From the NCBI RefSeq assembly GCF_009914755.1, contig NC_060948.1: a stretch of DNA of 64,000 nucleotides; one strand, given 5' to 3'. Of the stretch, positions 42,101-57,630 are shown piece by piece. The position numbers and the translations under genes are program-made. Every line of letters starts with the position of its first letter. The stretch's first letter is position 1. The DNA comes from the human T2T-CHM13v2.0 reference genome, Homo sapiens. The notes beneath the pieces were generated by a model. That model worked only from the letters and a program-made list of their open reading frames with translations, was not told the origin of the DNA and made no database searches.

Positions 42101-45100
42101 TCGAATGGATTGGAAAGGAATAGAATGGAATGGAATGGAATTGACTCAAATGGAATGGACTAGAATGGAATGGATTCGAATGGAAGGCAAAGGAATGGAA
42201 TCTATTGGAATGGACTGTAATGGAATGGAATGGAAGGGATTGGAATGGACTCGAATGGAATGGACTGCAATAGAAAGGATTCGAATGGAATGAAAAAGAA
42301 TTGAATGGAATAGAACAGAATGGAATCAAATCGAATGAAATGGAATGGAATAGAAAGGAATGGAATGAAATGGAATGGAAAGGATTCGAATGGAATGCAA
42401 TCGAATGGAATGGAATCGAACGCAATGGAATAAAATGGAAGAAAACTGGCAAGAAATGGAATCGAAATGAATGGAGTGTTATGGAACGGACTCAAAAGGA
42501 ATTGAATGTAATAGAATGGAGTGGAGTGGACTCGAATATAATGGACTGGAATGGAATGAAATCACATGGAATGGGAACGAATGGAATGGAATGGAAAGGA
42601 ATGGAATCGAATGGAAAGGAATCGAATGGAAGGGAATGAAATTGAATCAACAGGAATGGAAGGGAATAGAATAGACGGTAATGGAATGGACTCGAATAGA
42701 ATGGACACGAATGCTCAAATTGAATGGACTCGAATGGAATGGAAACGAAAGGAATGTCATCGAATGGAATTGAATCGATTGGAATGAAATCGCATAGAAT
42801 GGAGTGGAATCAAATGGAATTGAATCGAAAGGAAAGGAAGCGAATGGACTGAAATGAAATGGAATGGAATTGAATGGAAAGTTATGTAATGGAATAGAAT
42901 GGAACGAAATTTGACGGAATGCAATCAAACTGAATGGAATCAAATCAATGGAATCAAATCAAATGGAATGGAAAGGAATTGAATGGAGTAGATTGGATTG
43001 GATGGGATTGGAATGAAATGTACTGGAAAGGACTCGAATTTCATGAAACGGAATGGAATGAATTGGAACGGAATGGACTCGAATGGAATGGAATGTCATG
43101 GAATGGCATCAAATGGAATGGCATCAAATAGAATGGAATCGAATGCAATGGAGTGCTATGGAATGGAATGGAATGCATTGGAATGGAATGTCCTCTAATG
43201 GAATGGATTCGAGTGGAATGGAATCGAATATAATGGAGTCGAATGAAATGGAATTGAAAGGAATGGGATCGAATACAATGGAATATACTGGAATGTAATG
43301 TAATGAACTCGAATGTAATTGACTGGAATGGAATGTACATGAATGGAATGTAATTTAATGGAAAGTAATCCAATGGAATAGAATCTAATGCAATAAAATC
43401 GACTCAGATAGAGTAGAATGTAATGGAATGGAGTGCAGTGCAATGGAATGGAATGGAATGGAATGCAATGGAATGGAATGGAATGGAATGGAATGGGATG
43501 GAATGGGATGGAATGGATAGTAATGGACTGGAGTGAAATGGACTGGAAAGGAATGGACTCAAATTGAAAGGGCTCGAAAGGAATGGAGTCAAATGGAATG
43601 GTCTGGAATGGAATGAACACGAATGTAATGCAATCCAATAGAATGGAATCGAATGGCATGGAATATAAAGAAATGGAATCGAAGAGAATGGAAACAAATG
43701 GAATGGAATTGAATGGAATGGAATTGAATGGAATGGGAACGAATGGAGTGAAATTGTATGCAGTAGAAGAGAATAGAATGGAATGCAAGCGAAAGGAAAG
43801 GAATGGATTGGAATGGAATGGAATTCATTGGAATGGAAGGGAATGTAGTGTAATGGACAGGCCTGGAATAAAGTGGAATGCTACGGTCTCGAATGGAATA
43901 AAAATGTATGGAATGGAATGAAATGAAACGGAATCGAATGTCATAGAATGTAATGGAATGCAACAAAATGGAATCCAAAATCATTGACTGGAAAGGCTGG
44001 GTGTCGAAAGGAATTGACTCCAATGGAATGGAATCGAATGGAATGGAAGTGAATAGAATCGAACTAAATCGAATGGAATGGAATTGATAGGAACGGAATG
44101 GAAAGGAATGCAATGATTTGGCATGGAATGCAATCGAATGGCATCGAATGGAATGGAATGGAATGCAATGGAATGGAATGTATTAGAATGTAATGAACTT
44201 TAATGGAATGTACTCGAATGGATTCGACTGGAATGGAATGTTCTGGAAGTGAATGGACTCCAATGGAATGGATTCAAAAGGAATGGAATCGTACGGAATG
44301 GAATCTAATGGAATGGAATTAAATGGAAATGAATCAAATTGAATAGCACGGAATTGAATTGAATGGAATGGAATGCAATGGAATCTAATGAAACGGAAAG
44401 GAAAGGAATGGAATGGAATGGAATGGGCTGGAATGGAAAGGAATCGAAACGAATGGAATGGAATCGAACTGAAGAGACTGGAATGGAATGCACTGGAATG
44501 GAAGGGAGTGTAATGGAAGGTTCTCGAAAAAAATGGAATCGAATGGAATGGAATTGAATGGAACGGAATAGAGTCGAATGGAATTGAATGGAATGGAATG
44601 GACTAGAGTGAAATGGAATCGAACCACAAGGAATGGACAGGAATAGAATGGTCTCGAATTGAATGGAATCGTATGGAATGGCATCAAACGGAATGGAATG
44701 GACAGCCACGGAATGGAATGCACTCGAATGCAATGGAGTCGAAACTAATGGACTGGAATAGAATGGACTCGACTGGTACGGACTCCAATGGAATGGAATC
44801 GAATGGAAGGGAATCGAACGGAATGGACTCGAAGGGAAAAGACTGCAATGGAAAGGTCTCGAATGGAATGGAAATTAATGGAATGGAATGGAATCGAATG
44901 AAATGGAGTCAAAAGGAATGGAATCGAATGGCAAGAAATCGAATGTAATGGAATCGCAAGGAATTGATGTGAAAGGAACGGAATGGAATGGAATCCAAAG
45001 GAATGGAATAGAATGGAATGGAATCGAATGGAAAGGACTCGAATGGAAATCACTCGAATAGAATGCAATTTAATAAAATAGGATCAAATGTAATGGAATG

Positions 45101-46249
45101 GAATGGAAAGGAATCGAAACGAAAGGAATGGAGACAGATGGAATAGAATGGAACAGAGAGCAATGGTATAGAATGGAATGGAATCATCTGGAATGGAATT
45201 GAATGGAATGGAATAACATGAAATGGACTGGAATGGAATGGAATGCCCTTGAATTAAATGGACTGGAATGGAATGGACTCGAACAGAGTGGAATGGAAAG
45301 TGTTGAAATAGAATGGAATGGACTGGTTTGGAATGGTCTAGTATGCAATGCAATCGACTGGCAGGGAATCAAAAGGAATGTAAACGAATGGATTGGACTG
45401 GAATGCAATGGACTCGAATAGATTGGAAACGGAATGCAAAGGAATGGAATGGAATAGTATGGAATGGAATGGAAAGGAATGGAGTGGAATAGACTAGAGT
45501 GGAATGGAATGGACTGGAAAGCAATGGACTGGAATGGAACTTTCTTGAATGGACTGGAATCAAACGGAATGGAATGCAATGCAATCAAATGGCATGGAAT
45601 AAAATAGAATGAAAGAGAATCAAATGGAATTGAATCGAATGGAATCGAATGGATTGGAAAGGAATAGAATGGAATGGAATGGAATTGACTCAAATGGAAT
45701 GGACTAGAATGGAATGGATTCGAATGGAAGGCAAAGGAATGGAATCTATTGGAATGGACTGTAATGGAATGGAATGGAAGGGATTGGAATGGACTCGAAT
45801 GGAATGGACTGCAATAGAAAGGATTCGAATGGAATGAAAAAGAATTGAATGGAATAGAACAGAATGGAATCAAATCGAATGAAATGGAATGGAATAGAAA
45901 GGAATGGAATGAAATGGAATGGAAAGGATTCGAATGGAATGCAATCGAATGGAATGTAATCGAACGCAATGGAATAAAATGGAAGAAAACTGGCAAGAAA
46001 TGGAATCGAAATGAATGGAGTGTTATGGAACGGACTCAAAAGGAATTGAATGTAATAGAATGGAGTGGAGTGGACTCGAATATAATGGACTGGAATGGAA
46101 TGAAATCACATGGAATGGGAACGAATGGAATGGAATGGAAAGGAATGGAATCGAATGGAAAGGAATCGAATGGAAGGGAATGAAATTGAATCAACAGGAA
46201 TGGAAGGGAATAGAATAGACGGTAATGGAATGGACTCGAATAGAATGGA
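39177..46249 (+). repeat. DYZ1 units 12-13 (3529, 3544 bp; type A, junction-proximal subtype)
   Basis: Landmarks at 39177, 42706; shared private alleles AACATGAAATGGACT, GGACTGGTTT, GTAAACGAAT, GAACGCAATG. Confidence 0.9.
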
Positions 46250-46929
46250 CACGAATGCTGAAATCGAATGGACTCGAATGGAATGGAAACGAAAGGAATG
46301 TCATCGAATGGAATTGAATCGATTGGAATGAAATCGCATAGAATGGAGTGGAATCAAATGGAATTGAATCGAAAGGAAAGGAAGCGAATGGACTGAAATG
46401 AAATGGAATGGAATTGAATGGAAAGTAATGCAATGGAATAGAATGGAACGAAATTTCACGGAATGGAATCAAACTGAATGGAATCAAATCAATGGAATCA
46501 AATCAAATGGAATGGAAAGGAATTGAATGGAGTAGATTGGATTGGATGGGATTGGAATGAAATGTACTGGAAAGGACTCGAATTTCATGAAACGGAATGG
46601 AATGAATTGGAACGGAATGGACTCGAATGGAATGGAATGTCATGGAATGGCATCAAATGGAATGGCATCAAATGGAATGGAATCGAATGTAATTGAGTGC
46701 TATGGAATGGAATGGAATGCATTGGAATGGAATGTCCTCTAATGGAATGGATTCGAGTGGAATGGAATCGAATATAATGGAGTCGAATGAAATGGAATTG
46801 AAAGGAATGGGATCGAATACAATGGAATATACTGGAATGTAATGTAATGAACTCGAATGTAATTGACTGGAATGGAATGTACATGAATGGAATGTAATCG
46901 AATGGAAAGTAATCCAATGGAATAGAATC
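46250..46929 (+). repeat. DYZ1 unit 14, truncated (680 bp) at the DYZ2 junction
   Basis: Follows the unit sequence to ...CCAATGGAATAGAATC then switches abruptly to AT-rich DNA. Confidence 0.92.
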
Positions 46930-47971
<1,042 letters not shown>

Positions 47972-48540
47972 AGATCCATATTTTTTAAAGGAAAAAAAAT
48001 TTCAAAGGTACTCTGCTTGGTACAATAATCAAATGTATAAACTGAGGAATAAAACATAACCATGAAACCTACTTATAACTGCATATGGAAAATACAGAGG
48101 ATAATTTTTTAAATAACATATTTTGAAAGCCTTAACTAGTAATTTGAAGAGTTGGCATTTGAAAGGCCAGTATGAATATACCTTCAAAGCAGCAACACCG
48201 GTTCCCCATGAGAAAAAGCAAACTCAGGGAAAATAAAACCACAAAGGTTCAATCTCTTCTGACCTTTGAAAGACACAGCACAGACAGTGGTCCTTAGGAC
48301 GAAGAGCAGGAGACCCCTAATTCCGTCACCATGGCGATAGGGCATAAATATTGCTGGGTGAGGGCACAATCCACATTGTGAGGTCCAAGTGCTGCCAGGA
48401 AGACAGGAGTGCTTTTACATAGACCGAAAGGTCATTGAAGGCTCAGAGTTTTGTTTCAAGAACTGAATCCCAAGCCCACACGTTATTAGGCTGCGCTTCT
48501 TAAAACAAGTTATGAGATGGGAAAAAGGGCACCCACAAAC
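47972..48540. repeat. DYZ2 complex ('HSATI'-type) ~570-bp segment; further copies at 50392-50960, 52805-53374, 55218-55786, 57631-58199, 60048-60616, 62467-63035
   Basis: Non-simple sequence AGATCCATA...GGGCACCCACAAAC repeated once per unit immediately after the Alu. Confidence 0.85.
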
Positions 48541-50099
48541 ATACGTATACATTATGTATATAATAATATACAGTATCATATATATAATATATATAACCTA
48601 TGTATAATATTGTTTTACATCCTGCATCTTATGTTATATATATTGTATAAAATATAATAATTGATAATATATAAGTTTTATATTTATACAATATGACATA
48701 TAGTATATATTATAATTTATGACATATATAATATATGTTATATATCATATATAGAATATATTATACGGTTAATATACGTATTAAATATAAATTATACATC
48801 ATATATATTATATATAATATATCTGTTATATATAATACCCATTATGCATAATATATATATTATGTCTATGTTATATATAGTATAAAACAACATATAATAA
48901 TATATAATTGTATATATAAAATGCGACATATAATATATATTATATTTTATGACATATGTAATATATATTATATATTATATATAATACGTTGTATGTATAA
49001 TACCTATATTAAATATATATTATATGACTATGTTATTAATTACATGTCACATGTGTTATATATTATATATTTTACATAGAATATACCGGTTACATACAAT
49101 ATATACTATGTTACCAATAATATATAATTTATTACATGTAAAATAAAGAATGCAATATATTATGTATAATTTATAATATACAATATGTGGAATGTGATAT
49201 ATATAACATATAATATATGATATATGATATACAGTATATGATATATAACATACAATATATGATACCTAATATGTATGGTATACAATATATATTTTATGAT
49301 ATGTATTCTATATGTTTTATATTCTGTTATATATAACTATTTGAAATTATATATAACTGTATAATATTTTATGTAAATAGGTAATATAATATATATAACT
49401 ATATAATATATTATATATAACTATATATTTTGTTATATATACTTTTATAACTTAATTTACATAAAATATCATAATATAATATATATTATATTATTTCATA
49501 TTACATAATATATATTACATATCACCCAATATAAGTAACATACATAATATTATAATATAGATTATATTATGTTATATGAAATATCATATATATCATGTAT
49601 CATATATTCTATAATATATATTATACATTATATAATATGTATGTTGTCTATTATGTGATATATATAACTATATATATAATTATATTATTATATATATAAC
49701 TAGATAAACATGTAATTCTACATATTTTCATTTATAATATATAGAATTATATAATCATATATAATTATTTATATTCTATAAAAAATTATATCATTATATA
49801 AATTATAATATATAAAAATTATAATATGTACTACAAACATATATATTATATATCATATATGATATAGTACCTTTGTTATATATCATAATACATATAAATG
49901 TGTATTATGTTATCTATAATTATATAATTTCATATATAAGATGTATAATATGTATTATTTATTATATATGTTATGTAATATATATAGTATATATAAGCTG
50001 ACACAGGATAAATATTATATACTATGACATATAAAATATATGAGGTTATATGTTACATATAAGGCATAGCACGTAACATGTAATATATATCATATATAA
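48541..50099. repeat. DYZ2 AT-rich low-complexity tract (~1.55 kb); further copies at 50961-52512, 53375-54925, 55787-57338, 58200-59756, 60617-62175, 63036-64000 (cut by window)
   Basis: Degenerate (TA)n/(TATAA)n/(TATGA)n sequence with very few G/C, conserved base-for-base between units. Confidence 0.92.
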
Positions 50100-50391
<292 letters not shown>

Positions 50392-52489
50392 AGATCCATA
50401 TTTTTTAAATGAAAAATAATTTCAAAGGTACTCTGCTTGGTACAATAATCAAATGTATAAACTGAGGAATAAAACATAACCATGAAACCTACTTATAACT
50501 GCATATGGAAAATACAGAGGATAATTTTTTAAATAACATATTTTGAAAGCCTTAACTAGTAATTTGAAGAGTTGGCATTTGAAAGGCCAGTATGAATATA
50601 CCTTCAAAGCAGCAACACAGGTTCCCCATGAGAAAAAGCAAACACAGGGAAAATAAAACCACAAAGGTTCAATCTCTTCTGACCTTTGAAAGACACAGCA
50701 CAGACAGTGGTCCTTAGGACGAAGAGCAGGAGACCCCTAATTCCGTCACCATGGCGATAGGGCATAAACATTGCTGGGTGAGGGCACAATCCACATTATG
50801 AGGTCCAACTGCTGCCAGGAAGACAGGAGTGCTTTTACATAGACCGAAAGGTCATTGAAGGCTCAGAGTTTTGTTTCAAGAACTGAATCCCAAGCCCACA
50901 CGTTATTAGGCTGCGCTTCTTAAAACAAGTTATGAGATGGGAAAAAGGGCACCCACAAACATACGTATACATTATGTATATAATAATATACAGTATCATA
51001 TATATAATATATATAACCTATGTATAATATTGTTTTACATCCTGAATCTTATGTTATATATATTGCATAAAATATAATAATTGATAATATATAAGTTTTA
51101 TATTAATTCAATATGACATATAGTATATATTATAATTTATGACATATATAATATATGTTATATATCATATATAGAATATATTATACGGTTAATATACGTA
51201 TTAAATATAAATTATACATTATATATATTATATATAATATATCTGTTATATATAATACCCATTATGCATAATATATATATTATGTCTATGTTATATATAG
51301 TATAAAACAACATATAATAATATATAATTGTATATATAAAATGCGACATATAATATATATTATATTTTATGATATATGTAATATATATTATATATTATAT
51401 ATAATACGTTGTATGTATAATACCTATATTAAATATATATTATATGACTATGTTATTAATTACATGTCACATATGTTATATATTATATATTTTACATAGA
51501 ATATACGGGTTACATACAATATATACTATGTTACCTATAATGTATAATTTATTACATGTAAAATAAAGAATGCAATATATTATGTATAATTTATAATATA
51601 CAATATGTGGAATGTGATATATATAACATATAATATATGATATACAGTATATGATATATAACATACAGTATATGATACCTAATATATATGGTATACAATA
51701 TATATTTTATGATATGTATTCTATATGTTTTATATTCTGTTATATATAACTATTTGAAATTATATATAACTCTGTAATATTTTATGTAAATATGTAATAT
51801 AATATATATAACTATATAATATATTATATATAACTATATATTTTGTTATATATACTTTTATAACATAATTTACATAAAATATCATAATATAATATATATT
51901 ATATTATTTCATATTACATAATATATATTACATATCACCCAATATAAGTAACATACATAATATTATAATATAGATTATATTATGTTATATTAAATATCAT
52001 ATATATCATGTATCATATATTCTATAATATATATTATACATTATATAATATGTATGTTGTCTATTATGTGACATATATAACTATATATATAATTATATTA
52101 TTATACATATAACTAGATAAACATGTAATTCTACATATTTTCATTTATAACATATAGAATTATATAATCATATATAATTATTTATATTCTATAAAAAATT
52201 ATATCATTATATAAATTATAATATATAAAAATTATAATATGTACTACAAATATATATATTATATATCATATATGATATAGTACCTTTGTTATATATCATA
52301 ATACATATAAATGTGTATTATGTTATCTATAATTATATAATTTCATATATAAGATGTATAATATGTATCATATATTATATATGTTATGTAATATATATAG
52401 TATATATAAGATGACACAGGATAAATATTATATACTATGACATATAAAATATATGAGGTTATATGTTACATATAAGGCATAGCACATAA

Positions 52490-52804
<315 letters not shown>

Positions 52805-54925
52805 AGATCCATATTTTTTAAATGGAAAAAAAATTTCAAAGGTACTCTGCTTGGTACAATAATCAAATGTATAATCTGAGGAATAAATCATAACCATGAA
52901 ACCTACTTATAACTGCTTATGGAAAATACAGAGGATAATTTTTTAAATAACATATTTTGAAAGCCTTAACTAGTAATTTGAAGAGTTGGCATTTGAAAGG
53001 CCAGTATGAATATACCTTCAAAGCAGCAACACAGGTTCCCCATGAGAAAAAGCAAACTCAGGGAAAATAAAACCACAAAGGTTCAATCTCTTCTGACCTT
53101 TGAAAGACACAGCACAGACAGTGGTCCTTAGGACGAAGAGCAGGAGACCCCTAATTCCGTCACCATGGCGATAGGGCATAAACATTGCTGGGTGAGGGCA
53201 CAATCCACATTGTGAGGTCCAACTGCTGCCAGGAAGACAGGAGTGCTTTTACATAGACCGAAAGGTCATTGAAGGCTCAGAGTTTTGTTTCAAGAACTGA
53301 ATCCCAAGCCCACACGTTATTAGGCTGCGCTTCTTAAAACAAGTTATGAGATGGGAAAAAGGGCACCCACAAACATACGTATACATTATGTATATAATAA
53401 TATACAGTATCATATATATAATATATATAACCTATGTATAATATTGTTTTACATCCTGCATCTTATGTTATATATATTGTATAAAATATAATAATTGTTA
53501 ATATATATGTTTCATATTTATACAATATGACATATAGTATATATTATAATTTATGACATATATAATATATGTTATATATCATATATAGAATATATTATAC
53601 GGTTAATATACGTATTAAATATAAATTATACATTATATATATTATATGTAATATATCTGTTATATATAATACCCAGTATGCATAATATATATATCATGTC
53701 TATGTTATATATAGTATAAAACAACATATAATAATATATAATTGTATATATAAAATGCGACATATAATATATATTATATTTATGACATATGTAATATATA
53801 TTATATATTATATATAATACGTTGTATGTATAATACCTATATTAAATATATATTATATGACTATGTTATTAATTACATGTCACATATATTATATATTATA
53901 TATTTTACATAGAATATACGGGTTACATACAATATATACTATGTTACCTATAATGTATAATTTATTACATGTAAAATAAAGAATGCAATATATTATGTAT
54001 AATTTATAATATACAATATGTGGAATGTGATATATATAACATATAATATATGATATACAGTATATGATATATAACATACAATATATGATACCTAATATAT
54101 ATGGTATACAATATATATTTTATGATATGTATTCTATATGTTTTATATTCTGTTATATATAACTATTTGAAAATATATATAAGTGTATAATATTTTATGT
54201 AAATATGTAATATAATATATATAACTATATAATATATTATATATAACTATATATTTTGTTATATATACTTTTATAACATAATTTACATAAAATATCATAA
54301 TATAATATATATTATATTATTTCATATTACATAATATATATTACATATCACCCAATATAGGTAACATACATAATATTATAATATAGATTATATTATGTTA
54401 TATTAAATATCATATATATCATGTATCATATATTCTATAATATATATTATACATTATATAATATGTATGTTGTCTATTATGTGATATATATAACTATATA
54501 TATAATTATATTATTATACATGTAACTAGATAAACATGTAATTCTACATATTTTCATTTATAATATATAGAATTATATAATCATATATAATTATTTATAT
54601 TCTATAAAAAATTATATCATTATATAAATTATAATATATAAAAATTATAATATGTACTACAAACATATATATTATATATCATATATGATATAGTACCTTT
54701 GTTATATATCATAATACATATAAATGTGTATTATGTTATCTATAATTATATAATTTCATATATAAGATGTATAATATGTATTATTTATTATATATGTTAT
54801 GTAATATATATAGTATATATAAGCTGACACAGGATAAATATTATATACTATGACATATAAAATATATGAGGTTATATGTTACATATAAGGCATAGCACGT
54901 AACATGTAATATATATCATATATAA

Positions 54926-55217
<292 letters not shown>

Positions 55218-57315
55218 AGATCCATATTTTTTAAATGAAAAATAATTTCAAAGGTACTCTGCTTGGTACAATAATCAAATGTATAAACTGAGGAATAAAA
55301 CATAACCATGAAACCTACTTATAACTGCATATGGAAAATACAGAGGATAATTTTTTAAATAACATATTTTGAAAGCCTTAACTAGTAATTTGAAGAGTTG
55401 GCATTTGAAAGGCCAGTATGAATATACCTTCAAAGCAGCAACACAGGTTCCCCATGAGAAAAAGCAAACTCAGGGAAAATAAAACCACAAAGGATCAATC
55501 TCTTCTGACCTTTGAAAGACACAGCACAGACAGTGGTCCTTAGGACGAAGAGCAGGAGACCCCTAATTCCGTCACCATGGCGATAGGGCATAAACATTGC
55601 TGGGTGAGGGCACAATCCACATTATGAGGTCCAACTGCTGCCAGGAAGACAGGAGTGCTTTTACATAGACCGAAAGGTCATTGAAGGCTCAGAGTTTTGT
55701 TTCAAGAACTGAATCCCAAGCCCACACGTTATTAGGCTGCGCTTCTTAAAACAAGTTATGAGATGGGAAAAAGGGCACCCACAAACATACGTATACATTA
55801 TGTATATAATAATATACAGTATCATATATATAATATATATAACCTATGTATAATATTGTTTTACATCCTGAATCTTATGTTATATATATTGCATAAAATA
55901 TAATAATTGATAATATATAAGTTTTATATTAATTCAATATGACATATAGTATATATTATAATTTATGACATATATAATATATGTGATATATCATATATAG
56001 AATATATTATACGGTTAATATACGTATTAAATATAAATTATACATTATATATATTATATATAATATATCTGTTATATATAATACCCATTATGCATAATAT
56101 ATATATTATGTCTATGTTATATATAGTATAAAACAACATATAATAATATATAATTGTATATATAAAATGCGACATATAATATATATTATATTTTATGACA
56201 TATGTAATATATATTATATATTATATATAATACGTTGTATGTATAATACCTATATTAAATATATATTATATGACTATGTTATTAATTACATGTCACATAT
56301 GTTATATATTATATATTTTACATAGAATATACGGGTTACATACAATATATACTATGTTACCTATAATGTATAATTTATTACATGTAAAATAAAGAATGCA
56401 ATATATTATGTATAATTTATAATATACAATATGTGGAATGTGATATATATAACATATAATATATGATATACAGTATATGATATATAACATACAGTATATG
56501 ATACCTAATATATATGGTATACAATATATATTTTATGATATGTATTCTATATGTTTTATATTCTGTTATATATAACTATATGAAATTATATATAACTCTG
56601 TAATATTTTATGTAAATATGTAATATAATATATATAACTATATAATATATTATATATAACTATATATTTTGTTATATATACTTTTATAACATAATTTACA
56701 TAAAATATCATAATATAATATATATTATATTATTTCATATTACATAATATATATTACATATCACCCAATATAAGTAACATACATAATATTATAATATAGA
56801 TTATATTATGTTATATTAAATATCATATATATCATGTATCATATATTCTATAATATATATTATACATTATATAATATGTATGTTGTCTATTATGTGACAT
56901 ATATAACTATATATATAATTATATTATTATACATATAACTAGATAAACATGTAATTCTACATATTTTCATTTATAATATATAGAATTATATAATCATATA
57001 TAATTATTTATATTCTATAAAAAATTATATCATTATATAAATTATAATATATAAAAATTATAATATGTACTACAAATATATATATTATATATCATATATG
57101 ATATAGTACCTTTGTTATATATCATAATACATATAAATGTGTATTATGTTATCTATAATTATATAATTTCATATATAAGATGTATAATATGTATCATATA
57201 TTATATATGTTATGTAATATATATAGTATATATAAGATGACACAGGATAAATATTATATACTATGACATATAAAATATATGAGGTTATATGTTACATATA
57301 AGGCATAGCACATAA

Positions 57316-57630
<315 letters not shown>

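Larger units (their letters stand above)
1..46929 (+). repeat. DYZ1: DYZ1 / human satellite 3 (Y-type) array: degenerate (GGAAT)n organised in ~3.56-kb tandem units
   Basis: GGAAT/CGAAT/GGACT pentamers throughout; landmark CACGAATGCTCAAATTG recurs at 1, 3530, 7089, 10637, 14211, 17780, 21338, 24907, 28476, 32029, 35598, 39177, 42706 and (variant) 46250; ORF track repeats with same period; single GAATTC (1126-1131) and GGCC (1165-1168) per unit, matching the classic ~3.5-kb male-specific EcoRI/HaeIII fragment; adjacency to DYZ2. Confidence 0.97.

Noticed and set aside
48048-48240. AATAAA and TATA-like motifs as poly(A) signals/promoters
   Set aside because: Ubiquitous in AT-rich DNA; no supporting gene context.
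49188-49194. Single TGGAATG inside the DYZ2 AT tract suggesting DYZ1 ancestry
   Set aside because: Only 7 bp; expected by chance; not at the junction position.
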